Shown here piece after piece: positions 18,440 to 27,500 of a stretch of DNA of 64,000 bases. The stretch spans positions 832-64,831 of the forward strand of contig JBBIHV010000004.1 in the NCBI GenBank assembly GCA_037446835.1, read 5' to 3'. The position numbers and the translations under genes were made by a program. This DNA comes from Sunxiuqinia sp. GTDB taxonomy: Bacteria > Bacteroidota > Bacteroidia > Bacteroidales > Prolixibacteraceae. A model generated the notes under the pieces. It had not been told where the DNA came from. It did not search any database and saw only the letters and a program-made list of their open reading frames with translations. The first letter of the stretch is position 1. Every line of letters starts with the position of its first letter.

Positions 18440-19777
18440 CTAAAACAGGTAATTCAGACCAATATACGTTCCTGAAGTGCCATCCTGTTCGTTGGGCGCA
18501 ATCCCGTAATCGGCAGCGATCACAAAATTTTCGTTCATCACAATTCGTAATCCGGCGCCATAGGATGAATGAAATTTTTCGGCGCCCCAGTTAAAATAAT
18601 TGGGTTGATCGGCCAATGCAGAAGTTAGTTTACTTTTAACATCAACCTTTTTGGTTACTTTTCCGAAGTCGGTGAAGGCATTCAATCCGATGTAAAAATT
18701 ATTGTTGATCCAGTGAAAACGGACAACTTTCCAACGCATCTCCACATTTCCGTATAAAAATCCATCACCAACAACTCGGTTTCGAAGTATTCCGCGCAAG
18801 GTTTTTGCACCCCCCAACCCTTCAGAAAGCGCACCGGTCAGCACCGAAGTAATTACCTGCGACTGGTAATAAAACGGAGTGTGCCCGGCAAGAGTAGTCT
18901 GGTAGGCAAGCCGGTAAACCAGCGAAAGTTTTTTAGGAACAAGCGTAAAATACTCGCGGTGAATGAGGCTTAATTTCAGAAATGAACTTTCGGCTCCCAG
19001 AAATGACGGTGCGCCTTCAAGTACGGCTTCGGTCCAGACACCCTTCATCGGATTGGGCCGGTTATCGCGGCTGTCATATACCATTCCGCCTTTCACCGTA
19101 GGTATAAATCCGCCATCGGCTTCCTTTGCCGAAATAATTCCCCATTGCTGATAGAGATCGTATAAACCAGGCACATCAGGCAAAACCTTGCTCCCCGATT
19201 TCCCTTTGTTCAGTTTCGATAAATTTACATCGCCAATTTTAAAATTCTGAAGGTTGAATCCGGTGGTCCACCGAAAATGATCACCAGCCAATTTTCCCTG
19301 AAGATCGACTTTAAAACGGAACAGCTTCCGGTCGTATTTATAGAACATGCGGGTTTTATAAACATTGACAGGCTGGGTGTCATCAATCCAATTTGGCTGA
19401 TAAACCGATTCGTATCCGTTAAACCCATAAAAATCGTAGGCCTGATCCGACAGGTAACTCAGGTCAACCGAAGTTTGCAAGCCTTTGATCAGCTTATCCG
19501 AATCATAATAAAACCGGTTGATGCCGCTGCCTTTCGTAAAACGCGAAACTTCGAAATAAAGCGAATGGTTGTATTTCGGGAAGCGGGTTCCGTCGCCATA
19601 ATCGTACAAATTCACCAACGCGCCATACTGAAAACCCAGGTCGGTATCGAACGTGATGGTTGGCAAAGCACCAAAATTCCAGTTTTTCTTGATCAGTTGT
19701 TCATCCTTTTTTTCGGTTTGGGCGAACATCGAAAGCGAAAGACAAATGTACACGACGGAGAGAAATTTTTTTTTCAT
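18440..19777 (-). CDS. Omp85/BamA-TamA family outer membrane beta-barrel (no obvious POTRA domains)
   Basis: Signal peptide; YDSRDN, GLGGAKTLRG, YGAGLR, C-terminal LNYLF. Confidence 0.82.
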   Translation of the reverse strand: MKKKFLSVVYICLSLSMFAQTEKKDEQLIKKNWNFGALPTITFDTDLGFQYGALVNLYDYGDGTRFPKYNHSLYFEVSRFTKGSGINRFYYDSDKLIKGLQTSVDLSYLSDQAYDFYGFNGYESVYQPNWIDDTQPVNVYKTRMFYKYDRKLFRFKVDLQGKLAGDHFRWTTGFNLQNFKIGDVNLSKLNKGKSGSKVLPDVPGLYDLYQQWGIISAKEADGGFIPTVKGGMVYDSRDNRPNPMKGVWTEAVLEGAPSFLGAESSFLKLSLIHREYFTLVPKKLSLVYRLAYQTTLAGHTPFYYQSQVITSVLTGALSEGLGGAKTLRGILRNRVVGDGFLYGNVEMRWKVVRFHWINNNFYIGLNAFTDFGKVTKKVDVKSKLTSALADQPNYFNWGAEKFHSSYGAGLRIVMNENFVIAADYGIAPNEQDGTSGTYIGLNYLF

Positions 19778-19857
19778 AGGTAAGGTTTTGAATTACACGA
19801 AGATAAAAAAAATCAAACAGCTTCTCGGTGAAGCAACATTTTATTGGAAAAAGTGCA

Positions 19858-20586
19858 TTAGATCCACCCTCTTAATTTGTAATAACCAAGTGCGGCCAGT
19901 TCGCGGGCAATCAGGATTTCATATTTGAGGTGGTTCCAGAATTGGTAACGAATGGTAATGTTGCCACCAATATCCGGGACTGGCAGTTTGTTGCCGCCCA
20001 GGTCTTCATCTTTAAAAATAAGGTTGGCCTCCATCGCATTTTCGAAAGCAGGAAGCGCACTGATCCGGGTAAACCCGGCTTTTCGGAAAGTTAAAACAGC
20101 CCGGCGTGTATGTTCAGGCGAAGTAACCAGTAAAATTGCCTTATTTGTCAAATTTTCGGTACCGAAGTTTTGCAGCCGGAGCGCCTGCGAACGGGTATTT
20201 GTCCCGATTTCTTCGTAAAGAATCCGCTGTTTGGCAATTCCTTTCCTGATTAATTCAAAAGCCACCAACCGGGCAGTGCTTTTGTCATCGGCAGTGTCGC
20301 CCGGAATCGAAATAATGATCCGGCTTTCGGGCGATTCGGCGGCGGCCTGGCAAACAAAATATGCACGCATCAGGTTCGATTCACTTGGCATTCCTCCACC
20401 CCCAAGCAACACAATATAATCAGGTTTTCCGGCAATCTTCGACTCACTGGTTCCCAGCCAGTAATAGCCCCAGAATGGTAAAGTGGTGAAACTTAAAAAT
20501 AGAAGGATCAGGAAAAATATACCAAATGAAATTAAAATTGTCCTGAAAATTATTCCCAAACGACTGATAAACTGAGGTTTTGCCAT
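19858..20586 (-). CDS. YdcF/ElyC (DUF218) family protein
   Basis: N-terminal TM, IVLLGGG, GTNTRSQA, LLVTSPEHTRRA. Confidence 0.88.
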   Translation of the reverse strand: MAKPQFISRLGIIFRTILISFGIFFLILLFLSFTTLPFWGYYWLGTSESKIAGKPDYIVLLGGGGMPSESNLMRAYFVCQAAAESPESRIIISIPGDTADDKSTARLVAFELIRKGIAKQRILYEEIGTNTRSQALRLQNFGTENLTNKAILLVTSPEHTRRAVLTFRKAGFTRISALPAFENAMEANLIFKDEDLGGNKLPVPDIGGNITIRYQFWNHLKYEILIARELAALGYYKLRGWI

Positions 20587-20885
20587 TCGAACCCAATTCT
20601 AAATTTGTTACTGAACCGGAAAGTTACTAAAATCCGGTGTCGAAACGTATTTCTCCAGTTGCAAAAAAAAGATATTTACTTCAGTGCAAGCTACAAAGTA
20701 CCTGAGTACCTAGGCATTTTGCACCCAATTTGAGGGGTTTCGGTATCAGTGTTAAAAACGCTGACACGACCCTCTGACGCTGACAGTAAAATTTCATTCA
20801 AGCTAATCATTTCTGACGTATATATTTAGTAATCAGGAACTCTATTACTTTTCCGAGATGATTTGCTTAAGTCGGGCTCAGGTTA

Positions 20886-22622
20886 CTAAAAATCTTGTGC
20901 CAGTGGGAGCAAAAACCTGAAAACACTTCCTTTGGCAACCGTGCTTTCAACCCAAATTTCGCCACCATGCTTGATAACCATATCTTTACAAAGCAACAAT
21001 CCCAATCCAGTTCCTTTTTCGTTGGCCGTTCCGGGTTTCGATTTTAGATTGGTAATATCAAATAGTTTTGCAATTTCGTCTGGCGACATCCCAACTCCCG
21101 AATCTGAAACAGAGACAATTACCTTTGTATCTTCTTTTTCGATTTTAATTTGAACCGATCCTCCCGGATTTGTAAACTTTATGCCGTTTACCAGAAGATT
21201 TCGTAAAATCGTCTTCAGCATAAGTTCATCGGCAAAAACCAACACCGGTTCAGAATCCTGAAAAGAAACCGAAATATTTTTCTTATCGGCAACCAGCACG
21301 TGATCATTAACCAGGCTTTGGCACAATTCGTTTAGATTAATATTTTCGGGCCTGAATGGAAATTGGTCGGATTGGACCCGTGCCCAAATTAACAATTCAT
21401 CGAGCAAATTATAAGAAACCTTGGCCGAATTATAGATGCGGTCCACATACATTTGTAATTCATCGCTCCGCAATTCTGTCAGGTTTTCAGCCAGCAATTC
21501 GGAAAAACCAAGTAATGCGTTGAACGGACTTTTCAGGTCGTGGGCAAGAAGCGACACGAAACGATCTTTATTCTTGTTTACCTTTTCTAATTCTTCGTTC
21601 AATTTTTGAATTTGCATGGTTTTAGTTCGCGCATTTATCAGGCCAACAACCAAAATAAAAAGTAAAACGCTGATAATTAAACCATTTGCAAGCACAATTA
21701 AAATCCTCGCTGGCAGAAAGTAACCTTGGGTGTTATATCCCGAAAATTCGAGTGTCCAAACATGACCGTTAAAATTCGTGGGGATTTTCAGGTTTTGAAT
21801 TGAGCGTGAAGAACGACGGACCTGAAAAACCGAATCACTGTCAAACATCAGGTTATCAGCAATCAACGCTTGCCTGTCGTACACTTTTATCCGGAGTTTT
21901 TTATAATCCCATTCTCCCAGCACACTTTTCATTAATTCGTTCATCCGGTAAGTAGTGAAAACCCAGCCGATGATCGCTTTTTTACGCGACGCGGAGTCAG
22001 CAGGGGTCGGGCCACTTTTAAAAACAGGGGCAAAAACGATCATGCCCGACGGGTCGGCTTTTCCCGATTCCTGAATGATCGAAATTTTATCGGTAATTGT
22101 GGCCAGATCCGTGTTGCGCGATTGTTCCATGGCAAAGCGCCACCTGGGTTCGGTGTAACCATCAAATCCCAACGGCTGCAAAATGTGTTTTGTATCGGGT
22201 TCAATATAAATAACTGCTGTGTAAAAATCCCGGTCTCCTTCAGGAACGATTTTGAAATGAGGAAAGCCTCCGTTTCGGATTTGTTTTTCAAGGTGATTTA
22301 TATTCATTTTATCAACAATAACCGAATAGCCAATGCCCCTGATACCCGGTAACTCAATGTGCAACCTGTTCAAAGACTGGAATTCATGCCATTCTTTGTG
22401 CGAAATGGAATCCGAACTCGACACAAAAGCAGCGCTGCTATATAAAATCTGGGCATTGGCTGTTAACCGTTTCTGTATTTTGCCTTCAAACGACAAGCAT
22501 AGTTTTTCAAAACCCTGCCCATCCAATTTTTTTTGATCCTGAAAAGCAGAGTAAGAAATTACAAAAGTTACTGCCAAACCAAGTAGTAAAATTAGTATCG
22601 GAAATAATCGAATTTTTAACAT
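20886..22622 (-). CDS. CHASE-domain sensor histidine kinase (orphan)
   Basis: Two TMs flanking a CHASE domain (LGFDGYTEP); H-box LAHDLKSP; N-box RNLLVNGIKF; DSGVG; GTGLGL. Confidence 0.92.
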   Translation of the reverse strand: MLKIRLFPILILLLGLAVTFVISYSAFQDQKKLDGQGFEKLCLSFEGKIQKRLTANAQILYSSAAFVSSSDSISHKEWHEFQSLNRLHIELPGIRGIGYSVIVDKMNINHLEKQIRNGGFPHFKIVPEGDRDFYTAVIYIEPDTKHILQPLGFDGYTEPRWRFAMEQSRNTDLATITDKISIIQESGKADPSGMIVFAPVFKSGPTPADSASRKKAIIGWVFTTYRMNELMKSVLGEWDYKKLRIKVYDRQALIADNLMFDSDSVFQVRRSSRSIQNLKIPTNFNGHVWTLEFSGYNTQGYFLPARILIVLANGLIISVLLFILVVGLINARTKTMQIQKLNEELEKVNKNKDRFVSLLAHDLKSPFNALLGFSELLAENLTELRSDELQMYVDRIYNSAKVSYNLLDELLIWARVQSDQFPFRPENINLNELCQSLVNDHVLVADKKNISVSFQDSEPVLVFADELMLKTILRNLLVNGIKFTNPGGSVQIKIEKEDTKVIVSVSDSGVGMSPDEIAKLFDITNLKSKPGTANEKGTGLGLLLCKDMVIKHGGEIWVESTVAKGSVFRFLLPLAQDF

Positions 22623-22981
22623 GATCCCCTTTTCTTATCTAAATTTAAGGAATTTCATTCAGAAAAACAACTAAATTTCTCCGAAACAACTTAGCCCGAA
22701 ACGCCTCAGGTTCCCATTTTCAGGAAAAGTAAATTCCTACATAAATGCTGAAAACGCCACATTTATCCTACCTAAACGTAGGCTTTTAAAAAGCTGAAAA
22801 AAATTAAACTACTCAGGATAAATCACTTCTGAAAATTGGTACGACACTTGACCCGGTGTTTTCAAACTTTATACCCATTCAATTGGCTTTACCGGAAAAC
22901 CAGTTGGCGATGAATTAAAAATATACTCCGGAATTAAACGAAAAGATCAGGAATACAAGTCATTAACTAATATTTTCAAAA

Positions 22982-23224
22982 ATGAAACTCAGTGCACGGA
23001 ACCAACTGAAAGGCAAAATCCTGAAAGTGGATGAAGGTTTGATTACTTCAAAAGTGATGCTCGACCTTGGAAACGGGAACATTATTTCGGCCATTATCTC
23101 CAAAGATGCCATTGCCGATTTAGACCTGAAACCGGGCGACACGGCCTTTGCCATCATCAAATCGACCGAAGTGATCATCGGGACTCCCTGCGATTGTAAC
23201 GACGGAAAATGTAATTGCCATTAG
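22982..23224 (+). CDS. Mop/molbindin-type single TOBE protein with Cys-rich tail
   Basis: MKLSARNQLKG, SAIIS, AIIKST molybdate-binding signature; tail PCDCNDGKCNCH. Confidence 0.9.
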   Translation: MKLSARNQLKGKILKVDEGLITSKVMLDLGNGNIISAIISKDAIADLDLKPGDTAFAIIKSTEVIIGTPCDCNDGKCNCH

Positions 23225-23226
23225 CC

Positions 23227-23559
23227 ATGATCGAAGTGGAATGCCATCTCTCAATAAAAAAAGACGGGACCTGTTTTTTAGGCCCTGTGAAGACCGAACT
23301 TCTGAATGAAATCAGCAGAAGCGGCAGTTTGAACAGCGCTGCCAGGAACCTGAAAATTTCGTACCAACATGCCTGGACAATGATTGACGAGATGAACCGT
23401 GTTGCCCCTGAACCGCTGGTCATCAAACAGCGGGGAGGCGCAAATGGCGGGGGCGCTGAAATTTCGGGTTATGGCAAGAAAATCCTTCAGGAATACCGGA
23501 TAATCCAGGCACAGGTGAATAAAGTTGTCGATCAGATCAACGTTGAAATCAACCTGTGA
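23227..23559 (+). CDS. modE: ModE-type winged-helix DNA-binding domain without TOBE domains
   Basis: LGPVKTELLNEISRSGSLNSAARNLKISYQHAW...RGGANGGGAEI; ATG 23227, 2 nt after the TOBE gene stop. Confidence 0.85.
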   Translation: MIEVECHLSIKKDGTCFLGPVKTELLNEISRSGSLNSAARNLKISYQHAWTMIDEMNRVAPEPLVIKQRGGANGGGAEISGYGKKILQEYRIIQAQVNKVVDQINVEINL

Positions 23560-23571
23560 TTTTTTTTGAAT

Positions 23572-23599
23572 ACCGTTATCTAATTTTGTTTATATCGAA
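23572..23599 (+). promoter_or_regulatory. ModE-type operator overlapping a Bacteroidota sigma-A -7 element
   Basis: ACCGTTATCTA-N6-TTTATATCGAA matches 16 of 20 defined positions of ATCGnTATATA-N6-TATATAnCGAT; TAATTTTG (TANNTTTG) at 23581-23588. Confidence 0.75.
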
Positions 23600-23612
23600 A
23601 ATTTATATTCGG

Positions 23613-24104
23613 ATGAAAACAACAATAAGTTACCAACCAATCGGCATCATCCGGACACCGTTTGTATCCGTTTCGGAAATGCCGATTCAACCCAGCGGGG
23701 CAAATGGCGCAAAAGGGATTATTGAACTAAACCCGGATTTGACGCTGGGGCTTTTCGATCTGGAAGGCTTTTCACACCTCATTTTAATTTACCATTTGCA
23801 TTTGGTTTCAGGATACAAACTTTCGGTTGTCCCATTTATGGACGATCGGCCACACGGCATTTTTGCCACCCGCGCTCCTGCCCGGCCCAACCCGATCGGG
23901 ATCTCGATTGTTGAACTCAAAAAAATTGAAACCAATTTGCTTTACATCGAAGGGGTTGACATGCTGAACGGTACGCCGTTGCTCGACATCAAACCGTTCT
24001 TTACCAAATTCGACAACCGGCCAGTGGCCAAGGCTGGTTGGCTTGAAGGAAAACACCACGCAGATATTATGAAAATAAAATCGGACGACAGGTTCGGCCA
24101 ATAA
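23613..24104 (+). CDS. TrmO/TsaA-like SAM-binding protein, single N-terminal domain (163 aa)
   Basis: PIGIIRTPF, GIFATRAPARPNPIG, DMLNGTPLLDIKP; ATG 23613 preferred. Confidence 0.88.
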   Translation: MKTTISYQPIGIIRTPFVSVSEMPIQPSGANGAKGIIELNPDLTLGLFDLEGFSHLILIYHLHLVSGYKLSVVPFMDDRPHGIFATRAPARPNPIGISIVELKKIETNLLYIEGVDMLNGTPLLDIKPFFTKFDNRPVAKAGWLEGKHHADIMKIKSDDRFGQ

Positions 24105-24194
24105 AAAAAGTCCGGAACCCAATCGCTGCAAATGATTTAGATATTCCGGACAATTAAAATTCATCAAAAATTTTAACGCTTAAAAGTACAAAAA

Positions 24195-25496
24195 ATGAGA
24201 AAGGTTTACGTATTGGCAATCACTGGATTGCTTTTTTTGCTCAGCTTTTCGGAAAGCTACGGGCAAGTTTCGATTGATGCCGAGTTTCGGCCACGTTCAG
24301 AGTTCAGGTCAGGATTTAACCAGCCATTGCCTGATACACTAAAATCAGCATTGGTGACGATGCAACGTACCCGCCTGAATTTCAACTACAAAAGCGGTGT
24401 TTTAAATGCACGTTTAGTTTTACAGGATGCCCGTGTATTTGGCGAAACCGACACCAAACAACCGGCAACGGCAACAACCGGAAGTATTGGCATTTACGAA
24501 GCATGGACCGAATTATTGTTGTTTTCGGGTATCCGTTTAAAAATTGGCCGACAGGGTGTCCAATTTGAAGATGGCCGTTTGTTCAGTCTTTCGCCCTGGA
24601 GCAACACCGGGAACTCGCACGACCTGGCCCAGTTGGGGTATTCAGCACCGGGGCTGGAGGTTCAGTTCGGGTACGCCTACAACAATCAGAAAGCGCTGAA
24701 TGCCGACACCTTGTATTACAGTGTCAGCAAAATGTATAAACAACTGGCCTTTTTGCACCTGACAAAAACAATCGCCACCGGTCTCGACCTGAGTTTGCTT
24801 GGCGTGGACGAAGGGTTTGAGAAAAGTAAAACCAACCAGGATTTGTATCACCGATACACGACTGGTGGAACTTTGCAGCTAAAGAACGACAAGTTGCCAC
24901 TTGGCTTTTTTGCAACCGGCTATTATCAATTCGGGAAAAGTACTCAAACTGTTGACCTGGAGGCCTGGCTGCTGGCCTTAAAAGCTACCTGCACGTTTAC
25001 CGATAAAATCGGGGGCCTCGCCGGAGTTGATTATTATTCAGGTTCCGGAAGTACTTTGGCTTCAACTAAAACCAACACATTCAATAAGTTGCCTTATGGG
25101 GTGAACCATTCGTTCAACGGGTACATGGAATATTGGGGAACTTTGCCCAAGGGCGGTTTGGTCAATTACTATGGCGGTGTTAGCCTGAAGCTGAGCAAAA
25201 AACTAAATTCCGACATTACTTACTATGCCTTCAGCCTGGCCGAGAACATGAAAATTGGCACCAGACCGGTGCAGAAAAATATTGGTTCGGAATTGGATCT
25301 CGCGCTGAATTACAAGTTCTCGCCCGAAACAGCCATTCAATTTGCCTGGTGCGGCTATTTTGCCAACGCCGGAACCAACATGCTAAAATATAAGACGGCA
25401 ACGGTTGACACCAGGTTTCCGCAATTTGCTTACGTGATGCTCACCATCAAACCACAACTATACAAAACTCCGGCGCCGCTGGAATCAAAAAAATAA
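24195..25496 (+). CDS. Alginate export family outer membrane porin
   Basis: Signal peptide; EFRPRSEFR, QRTRLNF, QDARVFG, IYEAW, KIGRQ, NHSFNGYMEY, GSELDL. Confidence 0.8.
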   Translation: MRKVYVLAITGLLFLLSFSESYGQVSIDAEFRPRSEFRSGFNQPLPDTLKSALVTMQRTRLNFNYKSGVLNARLVLQDARVFGETDTKQPATATTGSIGIYEAWTELLLFSGIRLKIGRQGVQFEDGRLFSLSPWSNTGNSHDLAQLGYSAPGLEVQFGYAYNNQKALNADTLYYSVSKMYKQLAFLHLTKTIATGLDLSLLGVDEGFEKSKTNQDLYHRYTTGGTLQLKNDKLPLGFFATGYYQFGKSTQTVDLEAWLLALKATCTFTDKIGGLAGVDYYSGSGSTLASTKTNTFNKLPYGVNHSFNGYMEYWGTLPKGGLVNYYGGVSLKLSKKLNSDITYYAFSLAENMKIGTRPVQKNIGSELDLALNYKFSPETAIQFAWCGYFANAGTNMLKYKTATVDTRFPQFAYVMLTIKPQLYKTPAPLESKK

Positions 25497-25519
25497 TTCT
25501 TCAAAAAAAAGGAAAGGAA

Positions 25520-26263
25520 ATGAAAATGAAAAAAGTTAACATATTCTTGCTATTGATCTTGTTTTGTACAAGTCTGCAAGCTCAAACAGTAAAGGTTGCG
25601 GCAGCGGCAAATCTCCGGTTTGTTTTCGATGAAATTAAAAACAGTTATACCCAAGCCAATCCGAAAGCCGACATCACGGCGAATTTTGGTTCGTCCGGGG
25701 CGCTCCTTCAGCAAATCCTGAACGGCGCCGAATTCGATATTTTTATGGCTGCCGACAATACTTTTCCTGCAAAGTTGAAAGATCAGGGTGCAGCTTCGGG
25801 CGAAATAAAGACGTATGCGCTGGGAAAACTCGTTTTGTGGAGCAATGTGGCCAATGTTTCCGATGGGCTGGATGTGCTGACCAGGCCTGAGGTAAAACGC
25901 ATTTCAATTGCCAAACCCGATTTGGCGCCTTATGGCGACCGGGCTGTTGAATGCCTGAAAGCTGCCGGGTTGTACGACAAAGTGAAGGACAAAATCATTT
26001 ATGCCGACAACATTTCGCAAGCCGCCCAGTTTGCACAAACCGGCAATGCCGAGGTCGCATTTTTGGCCATGTCGTTAACCTTGACCCCCGACATGAAAGG
26101 CTCTGTTTACGTGATCAATCCCAAATCGTATAAGCCGGTTGAACAGGCAATGGTACTGGTTAAAAGCTGGAGAACCAATCCCGAAGCAGCTAAATTCATG
26201 AAATTTATCTTGAGCGATAGCTGCAAACCAATTTTCGAGAAATTCGGTTATATCGTTCCTTGA
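25520..26263 (+). CDS. modA: Molybdate ABC transporter substrate-binding protein
   Basis: AAAANL, FGSSG, DIFMAA, LAPYG, ADNISQA. Confidence 0.95.
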   Translation: MKMKKVNIFLLLILFCTSLQAQTVKVAAAANLRFVFDEIKNSYTQANPKADITANFGSSGALLQQILNGAEFDIFMAADNTFPAKLKDQGAASGEIKTYALGKLVLWSNVANVSDGLDVLTRPEVKRISIAKPDLAPYGDRAVECLKAAGLYDKVKDKIIYADNISQAAQFAQTGNAEVAFLAMSLTLTPDMKGSVYVINPKSYKPVEQAMVLVKSWRTNPEAAKFMKFILSDSCKPIFEKFGYIVP

Positions 26264-26342
26264 AGCCAGGGAAAAAGGAAAAGGGAAAATCTGAACATTT
26301 CTAACAACCAATGACTTTTTCCTGTTCGTAAAAAGCGCAACC

Positions 26343-26744
26343 ATGAATAAATTACCAGGTACGATCACTCAAATTCAGCAATCAGGGGCTATTCTTTTAG
26401 TCGATGTGGATGTGGATGGGCACGGTTTTTCAGCCTTGCTCATCGAATCGGCAATTCGCCCCGAATGGCTGAAGCAAGGGAATTTGGCCGACCTTGTTTT
26501 TAAGGAAACCGAAGTTTCACTGGCCAAAAATCTTTCAGGAACAATCAGTATGCGAAACCGGATGAAATGTACTGTCCTGCATATCGAACGCGGTGAACTT
26601 TTAAGCAAAATCAGCCTGAAGTTTCAGGAATACATGGTGGCATCGGCAGTTACAACCCGCGCCGTCGAGGCACTTCAGCTTAAAATTGGCGACGAAGTGG
26701 AAGCGCTGGTGAAAGCCAATGAGGTTTCGTTAATGAGAAAATAA
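26343..26744 (+). CDS. Tandem TOBE domain protein
   Basis: Two TOBE repeats ending VFKETEV and LVKANEV; SMRNR. Confidence 0.85.
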   Translation: MNKLPGTITQIQQSGAILLVDVDVDGHGFSALLIESAIRPEWLKQGNLADLVFKETEVSLAKNLSGTISMRNRMKCTVLHIERGELLSKISLKFQEYMVASAVTTRAVEALQLKIGDEVEALVKANEVSLMRK

Positions 26745-26747
26745 TAA

Positions 26748-26794
26748 ATTTGAAAATGTGTCGATTTGAAAATGAATCCTGCACATTTTCAAAT
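26748..26794. repeat. Intercistronic hairpin inside the mod operon
   Basis: ATTTGAAAATGTG (26748-26760) / CACATTTTCAAAT (26782-26794), perfect 13 bp inverted repeat; extra ATTTGAAAATG copy at 26764. Confidence 0.7.
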
Positions 26795-26819
26795 CTCCAA
26801 AACTTCAAATTAAAAAAAT

Positions 26820-27500
26820 ATGGATGCAACATTCGCTCAAACCATTTGGCTCACCATCAAACTGGCTGTTTCAACAACGGTCATTTTAGTTGTCATCGGC
26901 TTGCCTTTCTCGTATTGGCTGGCGTACACCAAGGTTAAAATTAAACCGCTGGTTGAAGCGCTGGTGAGTATGCCGATGGTTTTGCCACCTTCAGTAATAG
27001 GTTATTACATGCTGTTAATTTACAGTCCGCGCAACGGATTTGGCGAGTGGCTTGGCCGTGTTTTCGATGTTCGGCTGGCATTTTCGTTCGAAGGCGTGCT
27101 TATTGCATCCGTTATTTTCAGCCTGCCATTCATGGTCCAGCCGCTGCATAACGGGTTGCGCTCATTGCCTGAAAGTTTGCGCGAAGCCTCGTACACGCTC
27201 GGAAAATCGAGGATGCAGACTTTTTTCAGGGTGTTGCTGCCGAACATTAAACCATCGGTCATAACAGCTATTGCACTTACTTTTGCGCACAGCATTGGCG
27301 AATTCGGGATAGTGCTGATGGTTGGCGGGAACATGCCCGGCGAAACCCGCGTGGCTTCAATTGCTATTTACGACGAAGTTCAGGCACTCAATTTCGAAGC
27401 AGCCAACCGTTATGCACTGATTTTATTTCTGGTTTCGCTACTGTTGCTGACAACCATTTACAGTGTGAATAAAAAGTACGACTCATGGAAAATGATGTAA
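26820..27500 (+). CDS. modB: Molybdate ABC transporter permease
   Basis: MPMVLPPSVIGY, SLPFMVQP, EASYTLG, HSIGEFG, GETRVASIAIY. Confidence 0.96.
   Translation: MDATFAQTIWLTIKLAVSTTVILVVIGLPFSYWLAYTKVKIKPLVEALVSMPMVLPPSVIGYYMLLIYSPRNGFGEWLGRVFDVRLAFSFEGVLIASVIFSLPFMVQPLHNGLRSLPESLREASYTLGKSRMQTFFRVLLPNIKPSVITAIALTFAHSIGEFGIVLMVGGNMPGETRVASIAIYDEVQALNFEAANRYALILFLVSLLLLTTIYSVNKKYDSWKMM

Noticed and set aside
20700-20800. Imperfect hairpin and CGCTGACA direct repeat between the YdcF and kinase genes
   Set aside because: Too short and degenerate to call an IS end or RNA; no transposase remnant seen.
20886-22622. Orphan CHASE histidine kinase as regulator of the mod locus
   Set aside because: Divergent neighbour only, with no response regulator; orphan kinases of this type are common in Bacteroidota and the mod locus has its own ModE.
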